This document shows positions 11,976 to 24,355 of a stretch of DNA of 64,000 nt, piece after piece. The notes under the pieces are model-generated. The model was not told the origin of the DNA. It did no database searches and saw only the letters and a program-made list of their open reading frames with translations. Source of the stretch: Camelus dromedarius. Taxonomy: Eukaryota. The translations under genes and the position numbers were made by a program. Location of the stretch: assembly GCF_036321535.1 (NCBI RefSeq), contig NC_087472.1, forward strand, positions 94,304,001-94,368,000. Direction: 5' to 3'. Position 1 is the first letter of the stretch, and each line of letters begins with the position of its first letter.

Positions 11976-13465
11976 AAGCTCCGCTGTTTGCTCTATTATA
12001 TCTGTATGGGTGTACAGGAGTAATATATTGATGGACTGCATGATGCTATATTTATTATTTGTGGCTAATTTTATTTCTCTTCCGTGGGACCCAAGAATCC
12101 TTTGCGGATTCAGAAGTATGTTTATTCTCTATGCATTGTACTGAAGAACCTCTTGCTCTCTCCATTTAGTAACATAAGGTAGAATCAGCTAAAAGTAAAA
12201 AGGACAAACTAATAATCATGTATTCTGGATGACCCACAACACAGCCATAGAGACATGGCCTTTCAACATAGGAAATATGTTTAAAACATAAGAAATGTGT
12301 AATGAGGGATTTTGAAAAAGAATCAAAGAAATAAAAGCCAAAGCAAGAAGCCCTCTGCAAAACTTCAGAGAAATGTCTTAACCATAAAAATAATTCATGA
12401 CTGTTCTTAAAGGAAAACCAATCTGGGATAACGGGCTATCCAAGACTATTGTTAGCTATACTTAGTAACAATTTCGAAATGCAAGTTGTCAAGATGAACA
12501 GGTGCCTCTATTTCAGCAGCTTTACTATTAGCTCTGCAATATGAAGAAGTTTTGTTTGTTTGCTTATGTTGAAGCGCCAATTATATTTTTATTTACCTTA
12601 TTAATTTTAATGGATTATTTTTTGAAACTGATTTTTCTAAGAACAAAAAGGATAAGCTAATTTTAAATTGTAAAATTGCCATTTTGTTTAAAAAAGCACA
12701 ATGTATCTCTTATGCAAATGATGGTTTCCATTGAGTTTCCCTTTTTTTGTCATTCAAACTCAGATCATAGAAAAAAGAATTTCTGTTGAATATTTATTTT
12801 TGCATTATCCTCTTGGGATAATTGAAAAATCTTACTCTTTGAATTTCTGGAGACTCTGGTAAAACCAATAGTTCTCTGCCGTATGTTTAGCCTTCCTCTC
12901 CACAAAGCCCTTCATATACTATTGAACAAACATCAGAGTAAACATAAGTTTATTTAGTGGAGAGGTCAACACATGTAGTTGGGAATAAATCCATACAAAT
13001 TTGAATCAATGCTAACTTCTAAGAGCTGCCCCAGTTCTGCAGCGGCAAGAGGTAAATTTCAGTCTAATTTGGGCTGCCACCAGGAAAAGGCAAAGAGAGT
13101 GCTCCTTTCCAGCTGCAAATAAAAGAAAAAAGTTTGGCCAAGCAGGAAGCTCGTAGCTAGATAGGAACTGGAAGAAGGGCTGGCTGGTAAAAGACAGAGA
13201 TTTGCTTTTGGTGTGTGAATGTTTTTTTCAAAAGTAGGAGCACTTTACCAAAGAATATGAGAATGCTCCAGTACGTACCAGAAAGCCACAGCAGTAGTAA
13301 AGGACTTCTACAGAGTGCCTTTGGGCCACTCAGCCAAGTTTCCCCACAGAACTTGGCCCAGGTTAGCTGTTCCCCACTCTGCCTCTTCCTCCTAGCATCA
13401 TCAATACAGATGTCTTCCCACAGAATCGCCTTCAGCTTGGGAAGTGGATTGTGTTCTTTGTGTAT

Positions 13466-13949
13466 TGTAGGGGAACAAAATTTGCCATTCCACAGTGTGC
13501 CACTTTGGCAAGTGGATTATTTCAAACTGAAAACAATCAAGGCCCCAAAGACTCAGGAAGAAACTTCGACCTTCTCCCTAACTGCCTGAAAGAATGTAGA
13601 CAGAGGACCAGTTCTAGGAAGGGAGCCATCCCCATAGACAATTATAGTATGAACTCTATAGACAGGGAGGGACCTAGCAAAGTCTATCTGTTGAAATTCC
13701 TCTCTGTGACTCATTTTTTCTGCCTGGCACAGCAAACATATGTTTACCAAATATTTGCTTTCTATCTCCATGATATTTAAGGGTGAGTTTCTACCATATT
13801 GGTGAGTTCCTCAGTTTTCCTGAGTCTCTCCCAGGTACACATGTTATTAAACTTGTGTTTGATTCTCTTCTGTTAATCTGGTTCATGTCAATTTAATTCT
13901 TAGACCAACCAGAAGAACTTAGAAGGGGAAAAAATGTTCCTTCTCCGCA
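13466..13949 (+). mobile_element. ERV1 solo LTR, MER34/MER39-like
   Basis: TG...CA ends, 4-bp TSD 'gtat' at 13462-13465 and 13950-13953, ATTAAA near the 3' end. Homologous to the LTRs at 16230, 17947 and 58020. Confidence 0.9.
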
Positions 13950-13954
13950 GTATC

Positions 13955-14265
13955 CTTTCTTTGGACCCTGCTTCTCTCCTCTTCTTCACCTGATCCGCGC
14001 TCATCCTTCAGATCTCAACATCAGCGTCTCTTCCTTCAGAAAGACTTTGACCACTTCCCCAGTCTGTGTAAGATGCTTTTCCTCTTCCATGTTCCCTTTG
14101 TATCTGTGACCTCAGTCACAGCACACATCATTCTAGAAATTTTGTTTTAATTGTAGGTGCTGTTGTGTGGACTCAAAGGTCTTTGGGAAGGTTTCTGCCA
14201 TTACCAGTGAATCCCAAGCATTTAGCTTGTAATACTGTCAATAATGTATTGGTGAAATGAGTGAC
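13955..14265 (+). mobile_element. L2 3' region
   Basis: 'ctcatccttcagatctcaac...tctcttccttcagaaag...caataatgtattggtgaaatgagtga'. Confidence 0.6.
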
Positions 14266-16229
14266 CTGAAACTTGGGAGCAGGTTAGACTATTTAGATCA
14301 ATGTTTGACCACAGTTAGTGCTTCCTCCAGGTCCCTTCAGGTCTCCTCCATCATTTCTGTGTATTTACATTTCCATAGTTCATTCTGTCAACTCCAGTGC
14401 TTTTATAGTTCATCATTGCTGTGTAGAGTGTGTATCAATAAGAACAATCTGTGACTGGGGTCAAACTGAAACAAGCCATCCTTAGCACCTTATAAGTGGT
14501 TTTATAGCTCCCTAAGAGTCAAAGTTATATCAGAGAGGGGCTTAGACACTAATGCTACCCAACTATATGAATTGGAAATATAAATCCCAACATACGGAGA
14601 TTTTGGAATTGAAATTTAGTATATAAAAATCAGTGAAGCTTTTTATAATTTCACTCATCAAAAAGTATCTTTGAGCATCAAGTTGGCATAATAAATGCAT
14701 AAATCAGAAGCATAAATAATAATATAAAATTAAGTATCTCTTCATAACTAAAGCCTTAACCTTAAATTTTATTTCCAGATGAAGAGAAGTTCACAGAATC
14801 TCCTTTTTTCCCCCGCTAATCAAAATAACTCCTCCTCCTGATTCTAAAGCAATGAAATGAAATGGCTAAAATCATGTTATTTTATGATAACAATTTTACA
14901 GCTGCTAAGAGGGAGACATTTTTAAACCTCCCATATCTATTATAAACGACACTGAAAATTATCATCCTTAGATTGAAGAAGAGGGTGAAATATTTGTCAC
15001 AATATAGTCTCTGCACCCCACCATCCTGAGAAGAATGCTCTGACTAAAATTAGAGAGCGCATTGCAGCATGCCTTAATTTCAGTCTTCTGCAGGAGGAGG
15101 AGAGAATTGGGCCGGAGGAGATAAATAGAGATCAGAACAAAGAGAAGCTAGTCAGTTCCTGTGAGCCTCTCAGCACCCTGGGTGGTAAGCCCACAGTCAT
15201 CCAAGAAACAGATGCTAAGCTTAAAACTCAATTCAGGGTGTCGGTGAATTACATTAAACCTTATATTTTGTTTTTCTCGTGAAGAAAAAAGAAAAACATG
15301 TTTCATTTCTCAAACAGGAGCATGTTTTTTCCAGCGATTTTGTTCTGATATCCTGCTTTAATTTCACATTCGCTAATGTGTTCAAGTAGCCCTTAAAATT
15401 GATGTCCACCCAATCTTACAGCAGTAAGTTAATTTATATCTCACACAATGAGTCTCAGCGGTATAGCCAACATGACATATGACAAAATTTTTGACTTTTA
15501 TTTAACATAATAGAGCATGAGTCATACATTTAAAGCTTCAGTATATTTCTCCTGTTTTAAAGAGTAATCTTGAATTAGAGAAGAACAGCCAGGTAGTAGA
15601 GTGAGCAAATTACATTAGCAGCAAAAGTACAAGGAAATATTCAACTGTCTGTGAAGAGAATATCTTAGGATGCTTCCATATTACATGTCCACCTCTCGCA
15701 TTTGTTTTGCAGCTTTGAAAATAGACCAATTCACTGGTTGGGTTATTACAGTTATTAAGAGAACAGAAGTTACTCTACCACATGTTTCTAAGGGAAGTGT
15801 TGCTGTCATTTGGAGACTTTCATTTTTTACAGCATTGGGAATTCTTGATCATGCTAAGAAAATTGAACAACTTAGCAGTATTTTTATGTTTAGGTACATA
15901 TTTATATACTTAAATACAGATAGATATTATGAATAAAAATACAGCTGTATGAAAATAGATATTGTAATGCAAAGAATTAGGATTTATACTGTCATGGGTA
16001 TTACAAGCTGAAATTCATAAACCACCCTTATTCTTTGTCACCATTTAATGTTCCCCCTTTTCCCTCAAAGGCAGAAAAGGTGTATATTGCATTTAATGAT
16101 TTATTTTCAGGTGCTTTGTGAACTTCACTTGAATCACTTAAGAACTCCTGGACATGCCTTTTTCACTAATGACTTTTTAACTCAGAGTCTTACTAAACAT
16201 TGGCAGGGTATTTTATAATCATTAGATAT

Positions 16230-16755
16230 TGTAGGGGAGGAAAAATAATTTTCCCTCTACCCTTCTAGGTTCTTGGCTGGGACCCCCTTTTAATAAAAGA
16301 CAGATTAACAAAAGAAAAACAGAAAGAAGTTTAATAAGTTGGATACCTCCTATATACATGGGAAAGACCCAGGAAAACTGAGTCACTCCCTGAAATGGCC
16401 AAGTCACCACCTTAAATATCATCTTGAGCTAAAGGCAAAAGAAGATGTTAGTGGTGGGAGGGAGGCCAGTTACGGGAGGTTACCAGGCAAAGCACTGGGT
16501 AAGGTTGTTATGCAGATTTAAGTCTCTGCATTCTCTTTAGCTAACAGTTTCTAGAGATTTAAAGTCATCTTTCTCTTCCTAGTATGGAGAGGGACACACC
16601 CTTACAAATGGAGATTTCCCTTATAGATGTAAATGTCTCTAACAAAAGGATAACTTCTATCAATTTTTAGAGCTTTTCCTACATGATCTGTTTCTTTAAA
16701 ATGACCCTTACACCAAAGAGGTATATTTGGTGGAAGTACATTCTGCTCTCCTTCA
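16230..16755 (-). mobile_element. ERV1 solo LTR, MER34/MER39-like
   Basis: tgtagggg...cttca, with a 4-bp TSD 'atat' at 16226-16229 and 16756-16759. Confidence 0.9.
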
Positions 16756-17454
16756 ATATCAAATAATAATTTCTTGCTATTTAAAAAAAATATGTTCATG
16801 GATAAAATGGGTTCAAAGTACATTGTTTAATCTGTATACAGTATTACATTTTTTATTGGAAGGTATGGGTAACAAAAGAAAAATGTTAAGAAAAAGAAAA
16901 CATAAAGAAGCCACAATAATACCGAATTCAGTATTAAGATCCCCAAGTCTGACTTTAATGAAAATAATTACCTGTGTATAAATTTATGTATCTGATTGAT
17001 ATTTAATAGATTACATATGAAGAACTGTGAGAAGCATTTTATTTTTAAGATTATTTTTTGTTTCCTTAAACTCCTCCTAAACCCTGAGTGAGAAAGGAAG
17101 ATTTCCTCCTCTTCCTTTTCTACAATATTGTCAAGGAGAAGACATATTGTAAAGGTTTTTAACAAAGAGAATGTGATAACGGAATTATCAAAGGAATGTC
17201 GATTTACCTATGCAGTTTTCAAGAAGTAATATTTATCATTTTATATGTAAAAAGTAAGAATAATTGTGGCAAATATTCAGATAAAATAGAGAATAAAAAT
17301 AAAACATATTCATGTTCATTGTCAAAATAATCTTGGAATATAAGCTGCTAAGAACATCTGACAGCGTTCTTCCAAAGCAAGGTGATTTTGGCAGCTGACA
17401 TAGTTAAATGAACAATTAGTGCATCCCACAATTAAACTAAAATTGTCAGATTAT

Positions 17455-17915
17455 TGTTGATGAAAAATTAATCAGTCAATCTAAGAAAGAAATGGAAAAT
17501 TTTATTTGAGCCAAATTTGAGGATTATAACCAGGAAAAGCATCTCAGAAAGCTCTGAGAACTGTTCTGCTGGTTAGAAGTCAAGGCACAGTTACATAAGT
17601 TGTTGAGACAGAGGGCTATATGTCAAATGATGTATCATTGACAGTTTAGGTTATCCAAATCTAAGCGTCATCCTGGTGGGTCATGTGGTCCCTCACAGGA
17701 TCAAGAAGGAATGTTACCTTTTAAGAAGTTGTCTTGATGCTAGGAGCATGTTGTTCCTTATGGTTGCGTAGATATTCCTGCTGATGGGAGACGTTTGGTG
17801 CATAATGCACATAACCAGTGCACAGTGGTGGAGAGAGGAGGCCAAAGGGCAGCAAAGAATTTTTTTACGTTTAAATTTTTCGTGTCTTGCCATAAAATAT
17901 GAATTTTATTTCACA
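17455..17915 (-). mobile_element. ERV1 solo LTR (MER4-group-like)
   Basis: tgttga...tcaca ends and an antisense polyA signal in 'ttttatttgagcc'. TSD not recognisable. Confidence 0.75.
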
Positions 17916-17946
17916 CTGCTAGCCAAACAAGTCTACACATCAGCCT

Positions 17947-18423
17947 TGTAGGGGAGGAAAACTCTTCCCTTCTTCTAGATTCTTTGGTTGGTCTAATAAT
18001 TAAATTGACATAAAACAGGTTAACAGGAGAAAAACAGTTACTTTCGCACATTCGGGACTCCCACAGGTAAGAGGCTCCCTGGCAGTCAGGTAATTGAGGT
18101 TTACACACCATCCTGAGCTAAGGAGAAGAGGGTAGGGGTCCGAGACTTCGAAGTGAAGACAATTCCTAGGGAGAAGGGAAGAGCAGAAGTTTGGTAAACA
18201 AATGTTGGCCATGTCATGCAGAGTGGTCTTTCTTATGCAAAAAAAGTTGTTTTTGGTAATAGCTCTCTTCCAGGTATAGGCCCCCTATCTGAATTATTTA
18301 GGCAGTTAAGGGGAAGGTAAAAAAGGTCTTTTCAATATATTGGACCTTAATCATTATCAGCTCAAAATGATCCACATGTCAAAAAGTGGCATTTTCTGGG
18401 ACGAGATACCCTGAACCCCATCA
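17947..18423 (-). mobile_element. ERV1 solo LTR, MER34/MER39-like
   Basis: tgtagggg...catca, with a 4-bp TSD 'gcct' at 17943-17946 and 18424-18427. Confidence 0.9.
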
Positions 18424-18885
18424 GCCTTTTTGTTTATCTCTGTTTTAACAGAATATTCCAGTTCACACATCCTGCATAGATATTAGCATCTCATGTCCTT
18501 ACTCTGTCTTTTCAATGCCACTCAACAAGTATCTTTCAAACAAATAATGAAGGTGTGAAGGTGTCTGGTGACACTCTCTGGGAACATCTGGCTTTCAGCT
18601 AAAGTGTGCATATGTGTATGTTTGGGGGAAACGGTGAGTCAGTGTTTGTGTGTGTGGTCATTGCCATTTGGTGTTTTGCTTTAATTATTGGGCTCATTGC
18701 TCTTCCTTTTGGGGAACATAGATATGACATACTTTCCAAAACGTGTTTATGCTTTAACAGATTTAAAATCCCTTCTGAATATTTCCTGGATTTAGTTTGT
18801 ACAACACATTGATATTTTAATTAGCCAAACAAATTTTCCATTACTTTAGAACATTGTGAGAAGTATAGTAAAATTATTGTTAGGA

Positions 18886-18931
18886 TGTGTGTGTGTGTGT
18901 GTGTGTGCGTGTGTATGTGTGTGTGTGTGTG
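18886..18931. repeat. (TG)n microsatellite, interrupted
   Basis: Seen directly in the sequence. Confidence 0.95.
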
Positions 18932-19349
18932 GTGTATCCAGTTCATAGCAATTAAGAACAGCAAGTACTATATCTGTTGAGTCATGAGCCAACAGAGGCA
19001 GATAGAAAACAAAAGCAAACTAGCAAAAGGACCCATAAATTTAGTAATATTGTGGTAGATATATAAAAGTATGATATTAAGTACATATTAATTTTTACTG
19101 TTTCAAATTCAGAGATGTCATTTCTATTTTTAAAACTGGGACACAGAAAAATACAGAGCTCAGTAAAAGCTTTCAGATCCAAGATAAGGGTTTTCCTTTA
19201 AATTTTGAATAATGGATACCATGAAAAGTCCTCTTGGTCATTTGTGTGTGGCTCACTTATGCCAGATGCCAAATCCCTGACTAGGCTAGCAGAAAAGACA
19301 GAGAGCACAGAAGATGGATTACCTGATGAAGATGAAAATGGAGCCCCTC

Positions 19350-19581
19350 AGGGGAGGGTTAAATTAGGAGTTTGGGATTAACAGATACACACTACTGTAT
19401 ATAAAACAGGTAAACAACAAAGGCCTACAGTATAGCACAGGGAACTATATTCAATTTCTTATAATAACATATAATGGAAAAGAATCCGAAAAAAATGTAT
19501 GTGTAACTGAATTGCTTTGCTCTACACTTGAAACTAGCGTTGTAAATCAGCTACACTTCAGTAAAAAACTAAATTAAAAAG
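19350..19581 (+). mobile_element. 5'-truncated L1 (3' UTR)
   Basis: 'gtatagcacagggaactatattcaa...tgtaaatcagctacacttcagtaaaaa'. TSD aaatggagcccc at 19336-19347 and 19582-19593. Confidence 0.92.
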
Positions 19582-19754
19582 AAATGGAGCCCCCTCCTGT
19601 CTACACTGATACTTCCTCAAAACGGGGACATCCCTGGGACATTGAAAGTTGCAGTACTCTCATGCTTCTATAGGCTTAGTAAAACATGCTAAGGATATGG
19701 TGACGGTTGTCTAACTATGAAAGAACTAAATATGACAGTAATGAATTGAGTCTT

Positions 19755-19894
19755 ATTTTTTTAATCGAGATTGATTTACAGTGTTTCAGGTGTAAAGCAA
19801 AGTGATTCAGTTATATATCTTTTCCAAATTCTGTTCTGTTACAGGTTTATTACAAGATACTGAATATAGTTCCCTGTGCTATACGGTAGATCCT
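19755..19894 (-). mobile_element. 5'-truncated L1 (3' UTR)
   Basis: 'tgaatatagttccctgtgctatac'. 13-bp TSD tgaattgagtctt at 19742-19754 and 19895-19907. Confidence 0.92.
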
Positions 19895-20151
19895 TGAATT
19901 GAGTCTTCTTAACAAGCAGTTCCTTCTTAGAATAGTGATTCCCAGTTTCAAATCTGTAACTCAAAGAAACTCTATAAAGAGTAGTGAGGGTCTGTGGGAT
20001 TGGTCGCCTGCCAGTATTTCAAAAAATCTAACTGTAGTCCTTGAAGAAATTTTCTAAGGACAACAGTGAAAATCAAAACATGAGATCTAAGTGGTAAAAA
20101 TAATAGGAGGGCTCTAGTGAGTGGAAAAACTGTAAGTCATTGCTGTAGTAT

Positions 20152-20445
20152 AGATTTCCCAAAGCATATTAATCAGAAAATTATTTCTATAGGTTAATAG
20201 GCATTATTAGAAACAAACAAAAATAATTCAGTGGTCAAAATTGTTTAGGAAATGTTCTGTTTAAAATGACTAATTTGACTTTCTGTGAATCTCCAAAAGG
20301 AGAATAGGGGAAAATTTCCCAAACTAGTTTTTTGGCCACAGGGTGTGTATATGTGTATGTGTGCGTACACATGCACACGTGTGGTTCTTTTCAGAGAATA
20401 TGGCAGGACTAAAGTTCTGCAGAACTCAACTTGGGTCAAACTTGG
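20152..20445. mobile_element. MER103C-like hAT-Charlie MITE
   Basis: Internal inverted blocks 'gtggtcaaaattgtttaggaaa' and 'tttcccaaactagttttttggccac', with ends 'tttcccaaag' and 'acttggg'. Confidence 0.6.
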
Positions 20446-20969
20446 GTAAAGCGGAGGTGATAGAGCCAACAAAATAGGAATGGAAACCTGGAGACAAAAC
20501 AAGCCAGCTGCCCTTAGTTTCTGTGAGGATATTTTCATTCTGGTAAAATAATCTGGATACCATTAGGCTTTTTGGTTTTGTTTGCTTTTAGGGTTTGTTT
20601 TTTTTGTTTGTTTGTTTTTTGTTTCTTTGGGGTTTTTTGTCCCAGAAGATCTCTTCTGACGCAGTGACTCAGAGACTTCAAGGACTTGTCTCTGTGAAGT
20701 TTGCTTCCTGACTACTTCTTTCTATAAACTGTCTGCCCAAGGATATGTTTTGTCTGACTTTCCATGACACAGGTCATAAGAGCCTGGCTTTTTTCTTAAT
20801 TTTCAGAGAGGTTATGTCATGATTCATCTACATAACAGAAGCATTGTGCTGGCATTCCCTCAAGGAAAATGTCATCTGGGCTGGCTATGGAATTAGGGAT
20901 CCTTGGAGTACATGGGACAAAAGAGTTATACCGGGAAGATGATCTGGGCAGATACCCATGTTTTATTCC

Positions 20970-21215
20970 AACTAGCATGTTAAAAAGCTACAGTATTTGC
21001 AAACAGAAGGATAGCAGATCTGAATCTCACTTTGGCCATTGTTAGCTCTGTGAATTTGGACAATTTATATAACTTCTAAGCCTCCACTTTCTCATTTGTA
21101 ACAAAAAGGCAACACTGCCAACTTTGGATACTTAGAAGATTAAATAACAATTTCACATAGAAGATTCTGATATGTATTAAGAATTAGGTATTAAATAAAT
21201 GGAATTATTGTTAAT
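20970..21215 (+). mobile_element. MIR SINE
   Basis: 'agctctgtgaatttggacaatttatataacttctaagcctccactttctcatttgtaa...gattaaataa'. Confidence 0.8.
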
Positions 21216-22254
21216 GAAATAGGATGCAGAAATCCTCTTGCCCCTACCACAGTCCTTTGAACCTGTTTCTATGCAGCCCTTCTCCTTCTGCAGCTCCTCT
21301 AACCACTAGACTTTAGACACTAATTCTGACGAAGTAGCTTAAGATGTTTCTGTTTCCACAGATATTTTCTCTTCAGTGGAGGATGTCTGATTGAAAACAC
21401 TTATAGATGGAAATAAATTCATTTCTCATGATGGATTTTTAAACAATGGGAAATAATATAGGGGAACTATTTCCAATTTGTATCATCCATGTGGGAGACT
21501 GTCTTCACAAAACTGGACCCTTGACCCCACATCCAACACTCACACTTCTAGGAACCTGTCAAGCCTTCTGCACCAATGCTTTTGATAATGGAAATTGACA
21601 GCCTCTTATCTATTGTTTGTCTGGCTATGTTTCATTACTCTGTGCAAACCTAGAGAGTAAAAATCTTATCTTATTTTACACTGATTATGTTTGCTTTTAA
21701 AAATACTTCTCAAATTTTAATTCTATTTTCCATTTCATGTCTTCATTATATCTTCTTATTCCAACACTGTAAGCCAAAGTGAATTACGTGATGTAAGTAC
21801 TAATTGTGAATGGCAGAAATATGTGTGAGATTGAGGTCTAGAACACTAAACTTACACAGCAATTGCTCACACTGAAATTTTATATAAATGCTGTAAATAA
21901 AATAAATAAGACCATTTAGTGCCACTTAAATATGTTAACATATTGCAAATTGCTGATACTCAGTGCCCCCTGCAGTTTGAGGTTTTTTGTTTTTTTTTTC
22001 TTTGCTGTGAAATGTTTTAGTGATTTTTCTCTATTATCTTAAGCCAAGCTTTAAGTCATGTGTAATTTTAATAATAGCTCTACCAAAAGACAGCTCTACT
22101 CATCTTTGTTTCTTATAGCTTGGCTCATGCTCTGTGCATGAGCAATGTTGTTGTGTTTGTTTTGGCATTTTCCCAAAAGGGTTGTACAGTCACAAACTGT
22201 GGAACCTTTATTCAAACTGGGTTGAATACCTTCTCACGCACTTTCCTACTATTT

Positions 22255-22460
22255 AGTACTTACTTGCATCATGGTTCTCACACTCTTCTAGGATTCTCTC
22301 TTTGCTTATCTCTCTCCCCAGATCTAAGCACTTGAAAAGCAGGAACTATGTTGTATCTACTACTGCCTCCTCAAAGCCTATCACATCATTTGGCCACTAG
22401 AAATGCTTAAGAAATCTTTGTTCCATGAATGAATGTATGAATGAATGTGTGAATGAATGT
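22255..22460 (+). mobile_element. L2 3' end with (TGAA)n tail
   Basis: 'ctaagcacttgaaaagcaggaactatg...tgcttaagaaatctttgttccatgaatgaatg'. Confidence 0.8.
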
Positions 22461-22951
22461 CATTGCAGAATCCTATTTGTGGAACGGCTTCTTGTTCCAT
22501 TTCCAAACAGAAACCACATGTACAGTAATATCCCTGGGATGGGATATGTAATTTCCGGTAGAACAATTTTAGTAATTTTGAACTTATTATAGAGCTCATC
22601 TCATCAGATTTTTAAGAACTTTTTTGGTTATGCTGAGCAAATCAAACGGATTGATATTCTCTTTCCTGTCTTTTGCTAAAGTAAAAAGTAAATAGTTTTA
22701 CATCTTTTTGGCATTTTGTTGTATCTGCACAGATTAATTAATTCCTGACATTTTATCTTGTTTTACATTAAACCTCATCAGATATTTGAATAGTCTTTGT
22801 ATGCTGTGCTATAAGGTCCTAAGTCAACTTTTTTGTGACTTTAACTCTATCCCTTTAGTTCAGAAAATACCCAGGCAGTGAAAACCCCAGAAATTATAAA
22901 AATTGGCTTCCATCCAGAATCTGTTCAAATGTCCTGTGTTTGTTTTCATAG

Positions 22952-23065
22952 GCAAAAAATGAAGAATGATGAAAATAAGACTTGGCCTTACTGTCATTTA
23001 ACTGAGACCAGAAAAAGATCATTTGTGGAGCTGCTGAACTGCAGATCAAGTGCAGGGAGTACCAG
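22952..23065 (+). other. Candidate 114-nt exon (host transcript unknown)
   Basis: Acceptor 'gtcctgtgtttgttttcatag|G' and donor 'CAG|gtaaga'. One open frame (QKMKNDENKTWPYCHLTETRKRSFVELLNCRSSAGST), not recognised as a known protein. Confidence 0.3.
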
Positions 23066-23115
23066 GTAAGAAAACTGAGAACGGTGATCAAAATCATGCT
23101 TTCAATAGTGCATAG

Positions 23116-23664
23116 TGTTACTGAACTCAGGTTCAGTTGCTCGCTGCTCAAAAGTCAATAATTGAGAGGCAAGTACCAATAGAAAGAAATTGTGCTTTAA
23201 TCAGAAAAGCCAGCAATCTGGGGAGAAGTTGGACTCATGTCCAGAGAGCAACTATGAAGATTCTGCTCAACCATGACAGTTTTTAAAGGGAAAAGGAGGG
23301 GAGGAAATTCAGTGAATTGTCAAGGCAGGAGGTTGGATTCTGCCTTATCCTCCATTGTGTGTAGACTCAATGGCTGGCTGACTGCAGATGTGATCTTGCC
23401 TGTGTGCTCTGCCTGCAGGATTGCTAAGGGGGCTGTAGAGGGTGAAGAGCTAATCATTCTTTAACTCCTTCATTCTTCATTCTTACTTCTTTTAATCTGG
23501 GAAAAGAATCAACAGGTTAGGCAAGGCATTGTGTGCATTCAGGAGAGCGTAAGTCAGGAGTCGGTTTAAATCGCCTGATGATCTCATTCCTATAATTAGT
23601 TTCTTCCAAGGTTAGCGGAGGACAGAAATGGGCAAGCAGGAAAAGGGCAGAAGAGCTGCTTTCA
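23116..23664 (-). mobile_element. ERV1-class solo LTR (549 bp)
   Basis: tgttactg...ctttca, with a 4-bp TSD 'atag' at 23112-23115 and 23665-23668. Confidence 0.88.
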
Positions 23665-24197
23665 ATAGGAAATCTAGATCTAGGTCCCAGAAAAGACGGT
23701 ATAAATTGCTACTTTCGAAAACCTATAAGCTATCTTCTCTTTTGAAGAATTGTTCTTTTTGTAATATGTTTGTAAGAGCTTATCTCCCACAATTCCCCAG
23801 TGGAAAAATATGCACATGATACACTAAGGTTTGGCTTCAGCTTGTGTTAGTATAATCCAGTCTGCCTCATTGTACATCAAGCTTGTATCACATTTACATT
23901 ACCCCTCCTCAGCTTGATCGAATTCCCTGTTAATGATCAAACTGTGAAACGATGTTTCATTTCCTATGTGAAAAAATTTTCACGGTATACTTGGATATCA
24001 CCTTACATATATATCAAAAATCCAAATCCTAGGGAAATGTATTCCTATCATCTTTACTAACATCAATGTATTATAGCCATTTCTCCATAATAATTGAGAA
24101 ATACAAAAAAAAAACTGATAAGGATTCCAAATAATCCCCCAAACATAAATGGAATGTGTAGCATGCAATTATTGTGTAACAAACAAGAGCAAGTCAT

Positions 24198-24355
24198 TAC
24201 AGTTTCTGAAATATTTACGTTAGTAATATTTTCCCCATACAGATTTAAACTAGGGAATGTTAAACATCTCTCCTGATTTGATAACACTTCCTACGCAATT
24301 CTAACATCAAATAAACCTAATTATTTCTAGTTCCTCTCTTTTTATAAGGTGAAAC
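24198..24355 (+). repeat. 158-bp dispersed direct duplicate of 31711-31868
   Basis: Base-by-base comparison gives 153/158 identical with no gaps. Confidence 0.95.

Noticed and set aside
173..12719. Isolated octamers (173-180, 12712-12719)
   Set aside because: A few per 64 kb are expected by chance at this base composition.
15294..15327. Two perfect p53 half-sites (AAACATGTTT, GAGCATGTTT)
   Set aside because: The 14-bp spacer is outside the usual functional range, and such decamers are common in AT-rich DNA.
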